Shown one piece after another: positions 1 to 17,647 of a stretch of 64,000 nt of DNA; position 1 is the first letter of the stretch; each line of letters starts with the position of its first letter. The notes under the pieces were generated by a model. That model was not told the origin of the DNA. It saw only the letters and a list, made by a program, of their open reading frames with translations, and searched no databases. The DNA comes from Amoebidium appalachense (taxonomy: Eukaryota; Protista; Ichthyosporea): assembly GCA_963693365.1 (NCBI GenBank), contig CAVNZM010000012.1:5012409-5076408 (forward strand), read 5' to 3'. The position numbers were made by a program, and so were the translations under genes.

Positions 1-839
1 TTGGTTCCGCGCTCCCACACTGCCACGCAAGGTATGTTTAAGATTTGCAACTGTGGAACAAACAATTCAAGTTCTCCCCGTGGGCACTCAAAGAAACAAG
101 GCTGTTGATTACCGATATCTCGCACTTTTGCTTTGCTTGACATGTTGACATGATGGCAGCGTTGAGTCACCGCTGTTTTGCTTGTTGCGTTCGCATAATT
201 TGCATTTCCGGTGTATGCCATGCGGGCCCATGTCCTAATTTGTCATTTTTGTTATTCATTTAAACATGTTGTTGTCAGGACTGGATTTTGACACCTCCCT
301 TTATCCGTTTTTCTCTGTCGTTGTGTCTCTGTCTTCCCCCCCCTTCCCGACCCCCTCTGCCTCCCTCCCTCCCTCCTTCCCTCCCTCCCTCCCCCCTCCC
401 CTCCCCCCTTCCCTTCCCCCCCGACCCCACCCCCCTCCCCCTTCCTCCCCCTTTACCTCCACCTTCCCCCCCCCCCTCCCCCCTCCCCCTTCCCTCTCTC
501 CCGACGTGCCGCCCCTCCCACCCCCTCCCTCCGTCCCCCATCCCCACTCCCTCCTTCCCCCCTCCCCCTCACCACCATCCCGCACCCCCTCCCCCTCCCC
601 TTCCCCTCCCCCTTCCCTCTCCCCCCGCCCCCTCCCCCCTTCCCCCCCCCCTCCTCCTCTCCCCCCTTCCCTCTCTCGTTACTCTCGCTCTCTCCGCTCT
701 CTTCTGTTCTTCCTCCCCTCTCTCCTGTTTCTACCTTCCTCTCCTGTTCCTGTCCCTGTCTCCCGTGGCTCTCTTGCTGACTCCGAACCCCCCCCCCCCC
801 CCCCCCCTCCCCCCTCCCCCCCCTCCCCCCCCCTCTCGA

Positions 840-1568
840 CCCCACCCACCCTGGGCGAATACTGCATCATAATCATTTTCTCGCCACGTCCCCTTGTTTT
901 TCTGCTGCTGTCCCAGAGCTTTACGTCACTTGACGACCTCATTATTCCGTACGATTTCTCACAAAGGCCTAGATTCGACTGATGTCTTACATGCGGCATC
1001 TTTGCCATTTATTCATACTATAAACACGAATAAACATGACGTTTTATGCAGTAGCATCGTATCAGGAAAGATGTTAATATAAATTTTGTATAGAAAGTAA
1101 GAATTGAGACCCTGATGAATGCTGCAGTATCGTGCTCGCAAATCCCCCCCCCCCCCCCCCCCCCCACCCCCTTTTCTCCTCCTCCTCCTTCTGCACTGCC
1201 ACCCCACCCCCTCCTCAATTTTCTATTCTGAACTTATGTCATGGAACCACAGATTCGAAATGCCTGCCTCATTTAGGCAAAGAATGTATTGGAAGATGTG
1301 GTTTTCTTGTCTGGAGGGTGATGGTTATCTACGGTGTTTTACGATCACGGGTTGATTGGTATTAGTTTGAGACACGGTGCACTAATTAGTTATCTAACCT
1401 ACTTCTAATGCTTATTTAGTATTCTAGGAATCTAGGTCTGGATTTGGGTTTTGTGTGTAAATACTTATGGGTTCTCTCGCTCTCCTTCATATACACCCCT
1501 CCCCGTTCAGGTATCTGAAGCCTGAAGGTTTTTTTTTTCCTTTTTTTTTTTTTTTTTTTTTTTTGGGT

Positions 1569-1604
<36 letters not shown>

Positions 1605-1877
1605 CTGGAGAAAGTAACGGTTAATGTTTGAGCCTAATGGTGGATATGTATACAAATAGTGTATATGTTTACATATAGTTGATATGTATACAGATATTCT
1701 TGTTATCCTGATGGTACTACAAATGCAGAATGAAGAAGTTTCCTCCGCCCCCTCCCCCTCCCTCTCCCCTTTCCCCCTCCCCCCCATGCAACTTGCACAA
1801 TATCCTTCATACTATCCTGTGTGAGATTTCCTATTCGAATACTATTACAGCCTGTGCTTATCTGATACTGAGATATC

Positions 1878-1919
<42 letters not shown>

Positions 1920-1928
1920 AAAGAAAAG

Positions 1929-1959
<31 letters not shown>

Positions 1960-2110
1960 CCCACTGTGTACAGCAAGGCCATTACACCTGTGGTATTCGT
2001 GTGATATGCAACAACTCTTATGCCGGGTGCATATTATGACAAGAATTAGAACAAACCTTTACGGAGGGATGTTTCCACTTACTATACAATACCTCGTATA
2101 ATATTATTGT
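840..2110 (+). mobile_element. Highly decayed Ty3/Gypsy LTR-retrotransposon pol relic (RT-RNase H)
   Basis: Degenerate motifs appear in Gypsy order between poly-C tracts: FTSLDDLII (~920-945, YLDDILI-like), INTNKH (NxxKC-like), ELMSWNHRF (~1230-1256, LGxxNYYRRF-like) and YSCDMQQLLCRVHIMTRIRTNLYGGMFPLT (~1995-2085, RNase H ELLAIV...YLxGxxF-like). Many stops and frameshifts; boundaries approximate. Confidence 0.5.
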
Positions 2111-2245
2111 CAGGCTGCATAGTATAATTGCAACCTACACATGCATTGGGCAATATCTCGTGTAATATTATTGTCGACCAGTACTTCATGAACTGCAAAG
2201 GTTACCTACGACTGTTATTTTTGGCCATGGGCGCTGGCCATCGGC

Positions 2246-3574
2246 TCAAGCCATGGCCGGATTCACGTCGGGGTGCGGTACCCATTCCTCGGTAAAATTT
2301 CTGCCCACCTCGTTCGTGGGATGAAGCACCAAATCGTCCACGACAGTATCGAGGGTCACGTCACCAACATGCAGCTGTGGATAGGCGGCCCAGTCCCCCC
2401 CGTGTGGAGCATGGCCGTGGTAGGAGGGGGTTTCATATCTGGCCGGGTTGAAATTCTGATTATTACCAACTGCAGATGGCAGAAAACCGTCAGCGTGGGC
2501 TGAAGTGAACCTGTCACTGTTTCCATATTCCATTTCACCCGAAATTTCCTGTTGGTACCCCCCTCCATTCTGCGGGTAGTAGTAGTATGGGTCGAGTAAA
2601 GCGAGCTCTTGTTCCTCCTCCCGCACATGTTGATCGTATTCATGAGCCCATTGTGTGTATGTCTCCCGCGTGTATCCGGCAAACTGCTGCAAGTCGAGAT
2701 TCTGGAGGTCAATGTCCTCAAGTGTGGCTAAGTCTTCGGGTGTGCCGGGCGAAGAAGGGGACGAGGGAGACGCTAGCTGCATGTCACGCATGCCCCCTGT
2801 GAGCACAGACGTGTTTGTGTCTGCATACGGCATCCACAGGTCCAACGCATCCAGCTGCGTGTCTGCATGCACGGGTGCGTGTGCATGTGTGTACGTGTGT
2901 GTGTGTGTCACGCTCTCAGAGAGCCGGCGCGGTAGAAGCATCCTCCCGCTGCCCATAGTCACCAGCCGTTTCGGTTCCCGAGCCGAGGGTTCGCGCGCAA
3001 TGTCCGCCTCTGAAAACCGCCGTGATTTCCTGAAACCCTTCCGAACAAGAACATGGGAATTGGGTGTGGGCTCAGCCGCTGCCGTAAAGGCGAGTGGAGG
3101 GGAATCAGGTGTTGACGGCTGTGTAGTTTCCGCGTAGGAAACATCGGCCGGCACACTGAAAGACCTGAGTGTCTGCCTGTGTGCCGGTTGGCCGTGGCTG
3201 AGCGGGAGCTCGATGGTGTGCATGCTGTATGTGCGGAAGTATGGGCGCATGCTACTGCTCAGAGGAAGTAGGGGAAACTTGGATGACCCCTGGCCCGAAC
3301 CGTTGCGAAAAGAAAAGTCCGGCGGTGGCAGGCTGGGCTGTGACAGGCTGCGGCTCTTGCGGTGAATGCGTGGATGGAAGGGGAGCATTTTTCGCTCCAT
3401 GGTGTGTTTTCGGCGCAGGTGGTTACGCAAAGCACCATCGGTGCTGTACGTGCGACCACAGCCATCCTGCGGGCACACGCGTTTTGTTTCTTCGGGTATC
3501 AATGAACCTTGGCTGAACTGTGCTTGAAAGAAAGGCACCGCGTTGTTATCAACAAACTGATAACTGGTTGCCAT
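2246..3574 (-). CDS. Single C2H2 zinc-finger protein with long Ser/Pro-rich disordered region and acidic C-terminus (paralogue 1, ~442 aa, intronless CDS)
   Basis: Non-repetitive ORF containing CPQDGCGRTYSTDGALRNHLRRKH (C-x4-C-x12-H-x4-H). First ATG is at 3574 (MATSYQF); the track start at 3712 is a GTG. Stop at 2246-2248. Confidence 0.8.
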   Translation of the reverse strand: MATSYQFVDNNAVPFFQAQFSQGSLIPEETKRVCPQDGCGRTYSTDGALRNHLRRKHTMERKMLPFHPRIHRKSRSLSQPSLPPPDFSFRNGSGQGSSKFPLLPLSSSMRPYFRTYSMHTIELPLSHGQPAHRQTLRSFSVPADVSYAETTQPSTPDSPPLAFTAAAEPTPNSHVLVRKGFRKSRRFSEADIAREPSAREPKRLVTMGSGRMLLPRRLSESVTHTHTYTHAHAPVHADTQLDALDLWMPYADTNTSVLTGGMRDMQLASPSSPSSPGTPEDLATLEDIDLQNLDLQQFAGYTRETYTQWAHEYDQHVREEEQELALLDPYYYYPQNGGGYQQEISGEMEYGNSDRFTSAHADGFLPSAVGNNQNFNPARYETPSYHGHAPHGGDWAAYPQLHVGDVTLDTVVDDLVLHPTNEVGRNFTEEWVPHPDVNPAMA

Positions 3575-6500
3575 TTTTTTGGGGTGTCTAGGTTTGGGGT
3601 AGAACGCCACACCAGTGCTATAATAAGAGGATAAACCCTGGGGGGGAAATATTGCACGTGTGTAGAAAGGCTGAGGCTTTGTGACAAGTGTTAATAGGAA
3701 AACGCGGGCCACTCGTACTCATAATATCTTCTTTGAGTCCCTCAGGCTGGCTCAAAGCCGTGAACAATTATTCCTAAAAACCACGTAGCGAAAAGAGTGG
3801 TGTGCGTGTGTTAGCTAAGGGGGAGTACAAGTTTGCCTGCTCTCCAGTGGCAAACGATATGTTTTCAGTGTAGAGATTCCCAACTCCGCTCTGTGTTTTT
3901 TGTTTTTCCTCGTAGCACGGTTCTTTGTTTACGTTGTACTCGGCGTCAGCTACTTTGTTGATGTGAATGTTGATGTGTGTTACGCATATGTATACTGAGT
4001 GTGTGCACATTGTGTGCCTATTTGCAACATTCCCGAAGATGCCTCCTGTCCGTTCGCAAGATGCGCTGACAGTCTGCCGGAGTCAGCGGAAACGAAGGAT
4101 CCTCGTGTATGATTAGTTCAAAAGGGCCAGATGTGATGACTTTACTCTGGTAAGAGTAGTGGGAGGGAGTACAGTTGGTCTTTCCCTCGAATATGACCGT
4201 AAATAAGCTGGAATAACTTACATAAGTTGCAAGTACAGTGCACGTAAATCTTTAATACGTTCGCAACATGGATCGCCTCGGCATGTGCAGACTCGCGAGG
4301 CCTCGTGAGAACACGTTGTTTTACGCACCAAGATGGCCTTGGTATCTTGATATCGGGCAACTGTTTTGGTCTGAGAGGTGGGTAAAACGCTGACTCCAAT
4401 GTTGTTTCCACTCCACAGGTGCGCCCGCATCAGGAATGCGCCGTTTCTAAGGGATATCTGGTGGCACCTTGCATAGTTCTTTTCCATGGTGGTGATGGTA
4501 TCGAGATATCTTCATTTCAAGCTGTTTTTTTTGGGTGTTTTTAACCATGACCAGTTATTTTAGTCCAGCATTAGTTTCCGTGATTTCCACCCAAGCCGGA
4601 TGTGGCGACGGCTGTATGAGTATATCCGGATCTGCGGGTTCATGTAAAGTTAATGCAGCGAGATGACTTCCTTTATGGAGCTATTTATAACTTTTATTTG
4701 GATGTGTCAGGCCATAAAAATCATAATGCTTATATATAAGCCCCTGCCTATATATACACGTGCAACACAACAGCAGTCCGAAGTCGGATAGTCGATCGCG
4801 AATGATCGTCTGCAGACAGCGCGTTGCAGTGGCTGCGCTTTCTCGAACGATTTGCCTCCCTCTGATATTTGTCTGTGACTGGCGCATGGCGAAGTGTAAC
4901 ATCGAATTTTGATTGGCTTAGAGAACACCACCTTGTGTCACCTTATACCACATGTTGCGGGGGCGATTTCTCCCCGTTGATTCATTGAAAATATCAGGGG
5001 CCACCCGAACAATTTTTTTGAAAAGTTCAAGTGCAGACGGGGTGGCTATTGGTCCGACTTCCCTTACCTAATGCACAGCTTTTCTGTTTTTTTCCGTCGC
5101 TGACGTTACACGGCGCTAACATGCCCGGAGATATGGATTCGATTTCACGTTTTCTTTTTATATTTGCAGCAAGAATACGTACATCGCGATCGATATCGAT
5201 TAGTGACCGATCGATATGCATTTACCGACCTAATTCTAAATTGAAAACCGCGCGCTAAAGTTTAGGAATTCGCATCAAATCTAGAGCTGATGGACCAGTG
5301 ATGGTTATACCTATTATTTTTTTGCTGTTCTGAAATGCTTCCTTTTTGACGAGAACTAAAACTGGTCAAATTACACGGGCGTACAGTATCTACATTCAGT
5401 CAAAAGAAAACATTACACGAACATCATACGCCCCAAAATAATGAGTTTGAAGCTTACATGCCTGGGCCGCCATATATGCATGACCTCTCATAGATTTATG
5501 TGGATATATGGATATAAAGGTTTGTACACTTATAATTTCGTCTCAATGTGTACTGTTAAGGCACCTTAAATTTTGTCACAGGCCGTAGGGCCTAGAAGCT
5601 TCGCTTTCGTAACGTATTGGTGACGATTTGCTTCGGAAGTTGAACCTGCCTGCCTGCAGTCGCGATGATCGGGGCGCCGTGCACCGCATGAGCAGCACTG
5701 CAGTGCGGCCACCTGCTGCGCATGCGGCGCCTGCGCTGAGCCTGCCAGACCTGGGCTTATCTGTGCGGCGCATGCGCGGGAAACCTTGTGCATGTGACTC
5801 TCGAGTCAACTGGGCCGGCCGCCGGGCCCCAGTGTGCCTTCGAAGATGTAATCAGTGGATCCGGACACCTCACAGAATATGTAATGGACACCTCACAATC
5901 CACAATTGCAATGCATCGTGAAATTGAAATATCTTCAGATCTTGGCAACGCAGAATAAGGCTGCGAATTCTTCCACTCCTTGGCCATGGTGACTCCGAGT
6001 CGGGGTCAACTTGCGGAATGATTTACACCGCTGAGACGTCTCACGGCACCGTGCATAAAACGATGTCCTCTCTGCCGTAGTCGTAGTGAGGCAAAATGAT
6101 AGGCCCGGCCCGGGCTCTGAAGACTCTGTGAGGACTGAGGAGTCATTGAGGACGCTACAAACGTGTTGACGAGTAAAGTTTGACTATCCGAGTATACGGA
6201 GTCAGATCTACTGTACTGAGAGGCGCAGTCTAATCATATTGATAGATAATCATGCCATGAGCTTGTGTGGCATGCGGCCGCATGCCGCAAGGCTTGCACG
6301 ACTCAATGTAGGCTACCTGTATGCATATGGTGAGTACACGTGTACAGGTCAGTACAGATACTGCACAGTGTGCACTGAGGGGGAACATTGCGTGCGCATA
6401 GTGAAGACATGGTACGACGTGATGTGATCGGTGTCCTGTCATGATCATCGGAACAAACAAGAATGTGAGACGTGAGTCAGTGACTACGGTGACTCTGAAA

Positions 6501-6701
6501 TCCAGAGAAATCCAGCCTGGCACGGCACGGCCCGGCAGTGCTAGGCCAGGGCCCCGGCCCCCTGGGCTTGCCCCCTATCATACTATGTACGGTGTGCACG
6601 TGTGTGTGTCTTTTGTGTGTGTGCAACGGCGTGACTGAGTGTGTTTTTTTTTTTTTTTTGGTTTTCTTTCTTTCTTTCTTGGGGGGGGGGGGGGGGGGGG
6701 G

Positions 6702-6735
<34 letters not shown>

Positions 6736-6890
6736 GGGGGGGGGGGGAAGGGGGGGGGGGGGGGGGGGCGGGGGGAAGAGGGAGATCGAACACGAGCGAC
6801 TCCAATATTGGTAGTGGTGGTGGTGGTCACCGTTCTAGGCTAATTTGTGGGTATTGATTCAGGATCGGTAGGGTTCACGAGGGGAGAAGG

Positions 6891-6928
<38 letters not shown>

Positions 6929-7038
6929 GGGGGGGGGGGGGGGGCTTAACGCCATCACCTAAAAGAAAAGAAAAGAAAAGAAGAAGAAGGAAAAAGACCT
7001 TCTCCATCCCCCCCCCCCCCCCCCCTTCACACACAGAC

Positions 7039-7099
<61 letters not shown>

Positions 7100-7188
7100 C
7101 GGGAGGGAGGGAGAGGGAGGGGAGAGAGAGAGAGAGAGAGAGGGAGGGAGGGAGGGAGGGAGGGGGAGGGAGAGGGGGGGGGGGGGGG

Positions 7189-7239
<51 letters not shown>

Positions 7240-7286
7240 TGAGTGAGTGATCGAGTGAGAGTGAGTGAGAGAGAAAGAGAGAGAGG

Positions 7287-7331
<45 letters not shown>

Positions 7332-7549
7332 AGAAGATGAAGAAGAAAAGGAAGAAAAGCCATCTCCCCATCCCCACTTGCATAGTTCACACACCGTGAC
7401 CTTCTTCAAAGATTGATTCCCACCAAAATAAAAAATGCATGTGCATCGTTTATGTTTCTCACTGCTGCCAGCTGGAGAAAATATTACGGCACCACATACT
7501 CACGCACGCACACTAACGCACACATCGTGGCACACACAACACACATGCG

Positions 7550-7604
<55 letters not shown>

Positions 7605-8136
7605 GCACTGTTTCACATACACGCACACACAGATACACACACACACACACACACCGTGGCACACACACACACTGACACATGTGGCACATACACATACACA
7701 TACACAGACACACGCGCGCACACACACGCACACACATGCACAGACATACATACAGTATACACACATGTCGACATCGTCATTTTTGCGGCGCAATTTGTTG
7801 CATTCGTCCAAACAAACACGATCGATGCTTACACTACACTTATACACGTGCATGCGCATGAACAGAGCCGTAGAATAGCCTATGATGCGGTAGCCTGTCA
7901 CACGCAAACATGCACACACACATTGACACCGTGATCCGGATCGCAACACGCACACACATACACGAACACAATCGGTGTATGTTGCCCCCATTATAAATTT
8001 AGTCGCTGATCTGGTCAGCGCAAGTATTAGCTAAGTTGGTGGGTGAGATAAACGTGTTTAGCCATTGGGTGATGGGGACGGCCAGCAGGAGGAGGGGGTG
8101 GGGGGGGGGGGGGGGGGAGGGGGGGGGGGGGGGGGA

Positions 8137-8167
<31 letters not shown>

Positions 8168-8681
8168 GAGGGAGGGCAGAGGAAGGGGAGGGGCCGCTGC
8201 CAGCACTTGAACTTCGAAAACTTCGAAAACCTCTCCTCCTCCCCCTTCCCCCTCCCCCCCTCCCCCCTCCTCCCCCCCCCCCCCCCCCGCGGATCCAATG
8301 TAAAGAATCCCGTATCATTGATAAGAATTCTGGAGGCACATAATGCATAATATTCGGATGCATATGCCATATTATGATGATACTTGTAGCTACAGTTGCC
8401 GGCGGCTAAGATTCAGCCCCCCGCCGCGGCTATCCGAGATCACTGCTTAGCCTAATAATTTTTCCGGGCAATTCACAAAAGTGATCGACGAGTCATTGAT
8501 TCCGAGCTAACAAGCCCATCCCGCCCCTCCCCCTCCTTCTCTCCTTCTCCCTCCCCGGAGTCCCCTCCCCCCCCCCCCCCTCTCCCCCCCCCCTTCTTTT
8601 CCCTTGACCGACGGCTAAGCAGCACCCCTACCAGAATAAATTTGATTTGCTTTTAAATTTGCTGGTGTTCGAATTCCCCCC

Positions 8682-8720
<39 letters not shown>

Positions 8721-9221
8721 CCCCCCCCCCCCCTCCCCCCTCCCCCTTCCCCCCCCCCCTCCCCCCTCCCCCGGGACCAAAGAAAAAAAAAACAAAAAAA
8801 AAGAAAAGAAAAGAAGAAAAAAAACAAGAAGAAGAAGAAGAAGAAGAAGAAGAAGAAGACGTTAATGCTGAATGATGTGGATAATAATTCGACACCATGT
8901 CATAACGACCATTACATTCTGAGGGTGTGGTTGCACCCATTGCCAACAGATCTGAGCTCACACACAAAGCCTTGATTAAGCACCGTAGCCCCTTGTAAAC
9001 GAAACCCCCTAGACCGTGGCAACAATGGTGGAAAGAAACGGTCGAGTTGGATTGGAAAATTTCGAACCCTTACTCACACTAATGCCCCCCCCCCCTCCCC
9101 CCCCCCCCCCCCCCCCCACCCACCCACCCACCCACCCCCACCCTCCCCCTGCCGCGTTCCGAGCCCCCCGGGGCCCCTCTCTGCAAGGCAGAGCTAGCCC
9201 GGGCGTACATGCAAACTTTGC

Positions 9222-9261
<40 letters not shown>

Positions 9262-9710
9262 CCCCCGCCCTTTGCAGCCGCTCGGAGGACCTAGGGAGCA
9301 TAATGTAGCTCATTGCACAACGCCACGCCCTCCACCCCTAAAATCGTATTCTCATTTTAAGGTTTGGGACTTTTCAAGGCGCTACCAACTAGGTGCTGCG
9401 TATATTAAGTCTCTCTCACAAAAAAAGGTTTGTTACAAACATCATCTCCGAGTATTGAATGCACTTGAGAGTGCACACACACACTGTGGTACACTGCACA
9501 CAGCACGTACACTGACACACACACACACGGGGCGTGCGCGCGCACACACATACGCGCGCGCATGCGCACTCATCTACACACACAAACACACACATATGCT
9601 TACACCAACAAACGCGCACACACACACACACTCACTCACTCACTCACTCACACACAACACACACACTCACACACTCACACGCACTCACCCACACACACAC
9701 AGCAGACACG

Positions 9711-9749
<39 letters not shown>

Positions 9750-9899
9750 CGCGACGTGCAGTCAGGTGCATTGCCGCGGCAACCTGTCCCAAAAAGGCAA
9801 AGGCTCTATAAATAACTGAGCCCGAAGTATTTTATTCCTCTATTAGCATTTATTTGTTAGAAAGACCTAGTATAGCGCTGGTATATTCCCCCCCTCCCC

Positions 9900-15030
<5,131 letters not shown>

Positions 15031-15313
15031 CCATATCAACCCCCCCCCCCCCCCCCCCCTCCCCCCACCACCACCCCCTCTCCCTCCCCCACCCCACCGC
15101 TGCCTCCCCCCCCTCCCCCCCCCCCCCCCCCCCCCCCCCCCGGCGCCCCGAACTCCAACCCTTCCTCTCCTCACCCTTCCCCCTCCCCCCCCCCCTCCCC
15201 CCTCCTCCCCTCCCCCCTCCCTTCCCCCTTCCTTTTATATGAAAAAAATCTTTTGAAGGGGTATGGGAGTGGAGGGCCCAACCCGGATGGTCGGCTGAGT
15301 CAACTTGCTCCGA

Positions 15314-15590
15314 GCAGAATTATCCTGAAAAACGCAGAATTATTCTGCAAAAGCGGAATCAATCTGCTAAAGGCAGAATCAATCTGCTAGAAACAAAATC
15401 AATTTGCTAAAAGCAGGGCTATTCTGCCGAAAGCAGAATAATTCTGCTGTCGACAGCAGCCGAAAGCAGAATAATTCTGTTGTCGACAGCAGAACAATTC
15501 TGCTTTTTGCGGAATAATTCTGCTAAAAGCAGAATAATTCTGCTAAAAGCAGAGTAATTCTGCTTTTGCAGAATAATTCTTCTTCTTTTT
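15314..15590. repeat. Tandem array of ~13 palindromic ~20-bp units (GCAGAATAATTCTGC + TAAAA-like linker)
   Basis: Directly visible: gcagaattattctgc, gcagaatcaatctgc, gcagaataattctgc and similar units at ~20-bp period, with two GTCGAC-centred interruptions. Confidence 0.9.
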
Positions 15591-16197
15591 GCAGGTTGAC
15601 TCTGCCGATGTGGCTGGGCCCTGGAGGGGTGGAGAAACGCTATGACCGCGGGGGGGGGGGGGGGGGGGGGGGTTATTCCACCTCAATAAAGTATTCAGGA
15701 GTGCTATGGGGGGGGGGGGGGGGGGGGGGGGGAGGGGGGGAGGGGGGGGGAGGGGGGGAGGGGGGGGGAGGGGGGGGGGAGGAGGGAAGGCGGGAGGGGG
15801 AGGGGGGGGAGGGGGGGGGGGAGTCTTACGAAATGAATGGAAGATTTTGTTGCCAAAAGGGTCGAAACCGCTGAGAATACACATCGTGTGAGTTGTATTT
15901 TGGAGGGTTGGGAGGTTGGGTCGGGAAGAGAGGGAAGGTGGGTGGGTGGGTGGGTGCATACCTGAATGTTTTTTTTGTTTTTTTTTCCCATCTTGTAAGT
16001 GGTGGTGGTGGGTGGGTAAATGGGTGAGTGGGGAGGGAGGGGAGGGGAGGGGAGGGGGGGCGGGTTGGAGGGGGGGCTGGAGTGGAAGGTAGAAGGTGTC
16101 ATCGCCCGTTGTGAGAGCATCGGTTGTGTGTGTCTGAGCTATGGTAGTGGGGGTCGGGGTAGGACTAGATCTTGAACAGAAGCTCGGATGTGGGCTG

Positions 16198-16236
<39 letters not shown>

Positions 16237-17647
16237 GGTGAAGGAGGGCCCGGGAGGTGGGGAAGATGGGGATTTTTTTTTAAGGTTTGTATATTATGCA
16301 GGGCCTGGAGGTAATGGAAACATGATGGTGTGAATGTGCTCACGGCCATGTGGTCTGTTAATGGGGTTATAAAATGGAAAGAAAAAAGGGGGGGGATATG
16401 GGAGAGGGGGGGGGGAGGGGGGGGGGGGGGGGGGGGGGAGGGGAATGCTACAGGCAGATTGAAGGGGGGGCAGGTGAACCGGGAAGGCCTGTACGAGCAC
16501 GGATAACAACAAACTCGGTTTTCATTCCAGCGTAAATGTTTTTTATGGTCTATTATTTGGGAAATCGATGTCAATATATTTTTTCATGTGCCTGTGTGTT
16601 TGTGTTTGTGTGTGTGAGTGTGAGAGTGAGTGAGTGTGTGTGTGGTGTGTGTGTGTGTGTGTGGTGGGGGCAGGGGGGGGAGGGGGGGGGGGGGGGGGAG
16701 GGGAGGGGAGGGGTCCGGGAGGTCATACTTTGGATATTACTCATGCGCTTATGTGCAATTGACTCGATTTCAGCATTAAGCTTTTAGTTATGCTTGTGTC
16801 CAACAGGCTCATATGCCTGTGTGGTTTTCGGTAGTCGTGCTGTTTAATAGCTTTTCATTATCATAAGCCCATCACAGTTATACATATCAATGCTGTCATA
16901 TCCAACGTACACTGTTTGAAACATATAGAAAGTGTTATTGCCGCCAGCTCTATATATATATATAAATACATATATATATAAGATATAACCTATTATATCG
17001 GTGCCAACCGTTGTTCATGTACATACGGTATCATATTTTCACATATATGTATATATATATTTATCCGTGTTAATGCACATATTTATAGATCTTGTATATG
17101 TTCGTATAAGTATGCTATAATCACATATCAAAAACGTACACCGGCCGAATCCAGCTAACCAGACCCGCCAGTCACAACTTAATTATATCTCTTTATCGTT
17201 TTTTTTTTTTTTTCAAGTAATTACCGGTTTTAAAATGGATTCAGTTGCTGGTTGTCTAAGACACACCCCATGTGTGCACATATGATTGACATTCTGCATC
17301 AAATACGGCATGATATAACAATTTACCCGGCCACCTCCCGCCAAAGTTTCAAATAGACGACCCCCTCCCCCCTCCCGTGCCCCCCTCCCCCCAACCCCCT
17401 CCCCCCGGGACCCCCCCCCCCCTCTCCCATCTGTATAATATCCCTCTCCCCTATCCTCAAAGCCCAAAAACCCAAGGAACTTTAACAAGAAACAACCCCC
17501 CCCCCCCCCCCCCCCCCCCCCCCAGAAAAAACAAAACAAAAAAAAACCGTGCCAATCGTTCACTGGCACACCATGTGCTCCGGAGAAGAAACCACAAACT
17601 CGCTGTGTGAGCCGTGGCCACCCCAGCTATCAGAGTACCCATCCCAC

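Noticed and set aside
3575-3712. 46-aa N-terminal extension of the first zinc-finger ORF
   Set aside because: It starts at GTG; the first ATG, in an A-rich context, is at 3574.
15314-15590. CRISPR array or heat-shock-element array
   Set aside because: There are no unique spacers and no cas genes, and the context is eukaryotic. GAA and TTC are separated by 3 nt, not the 2 nt of an HSE.
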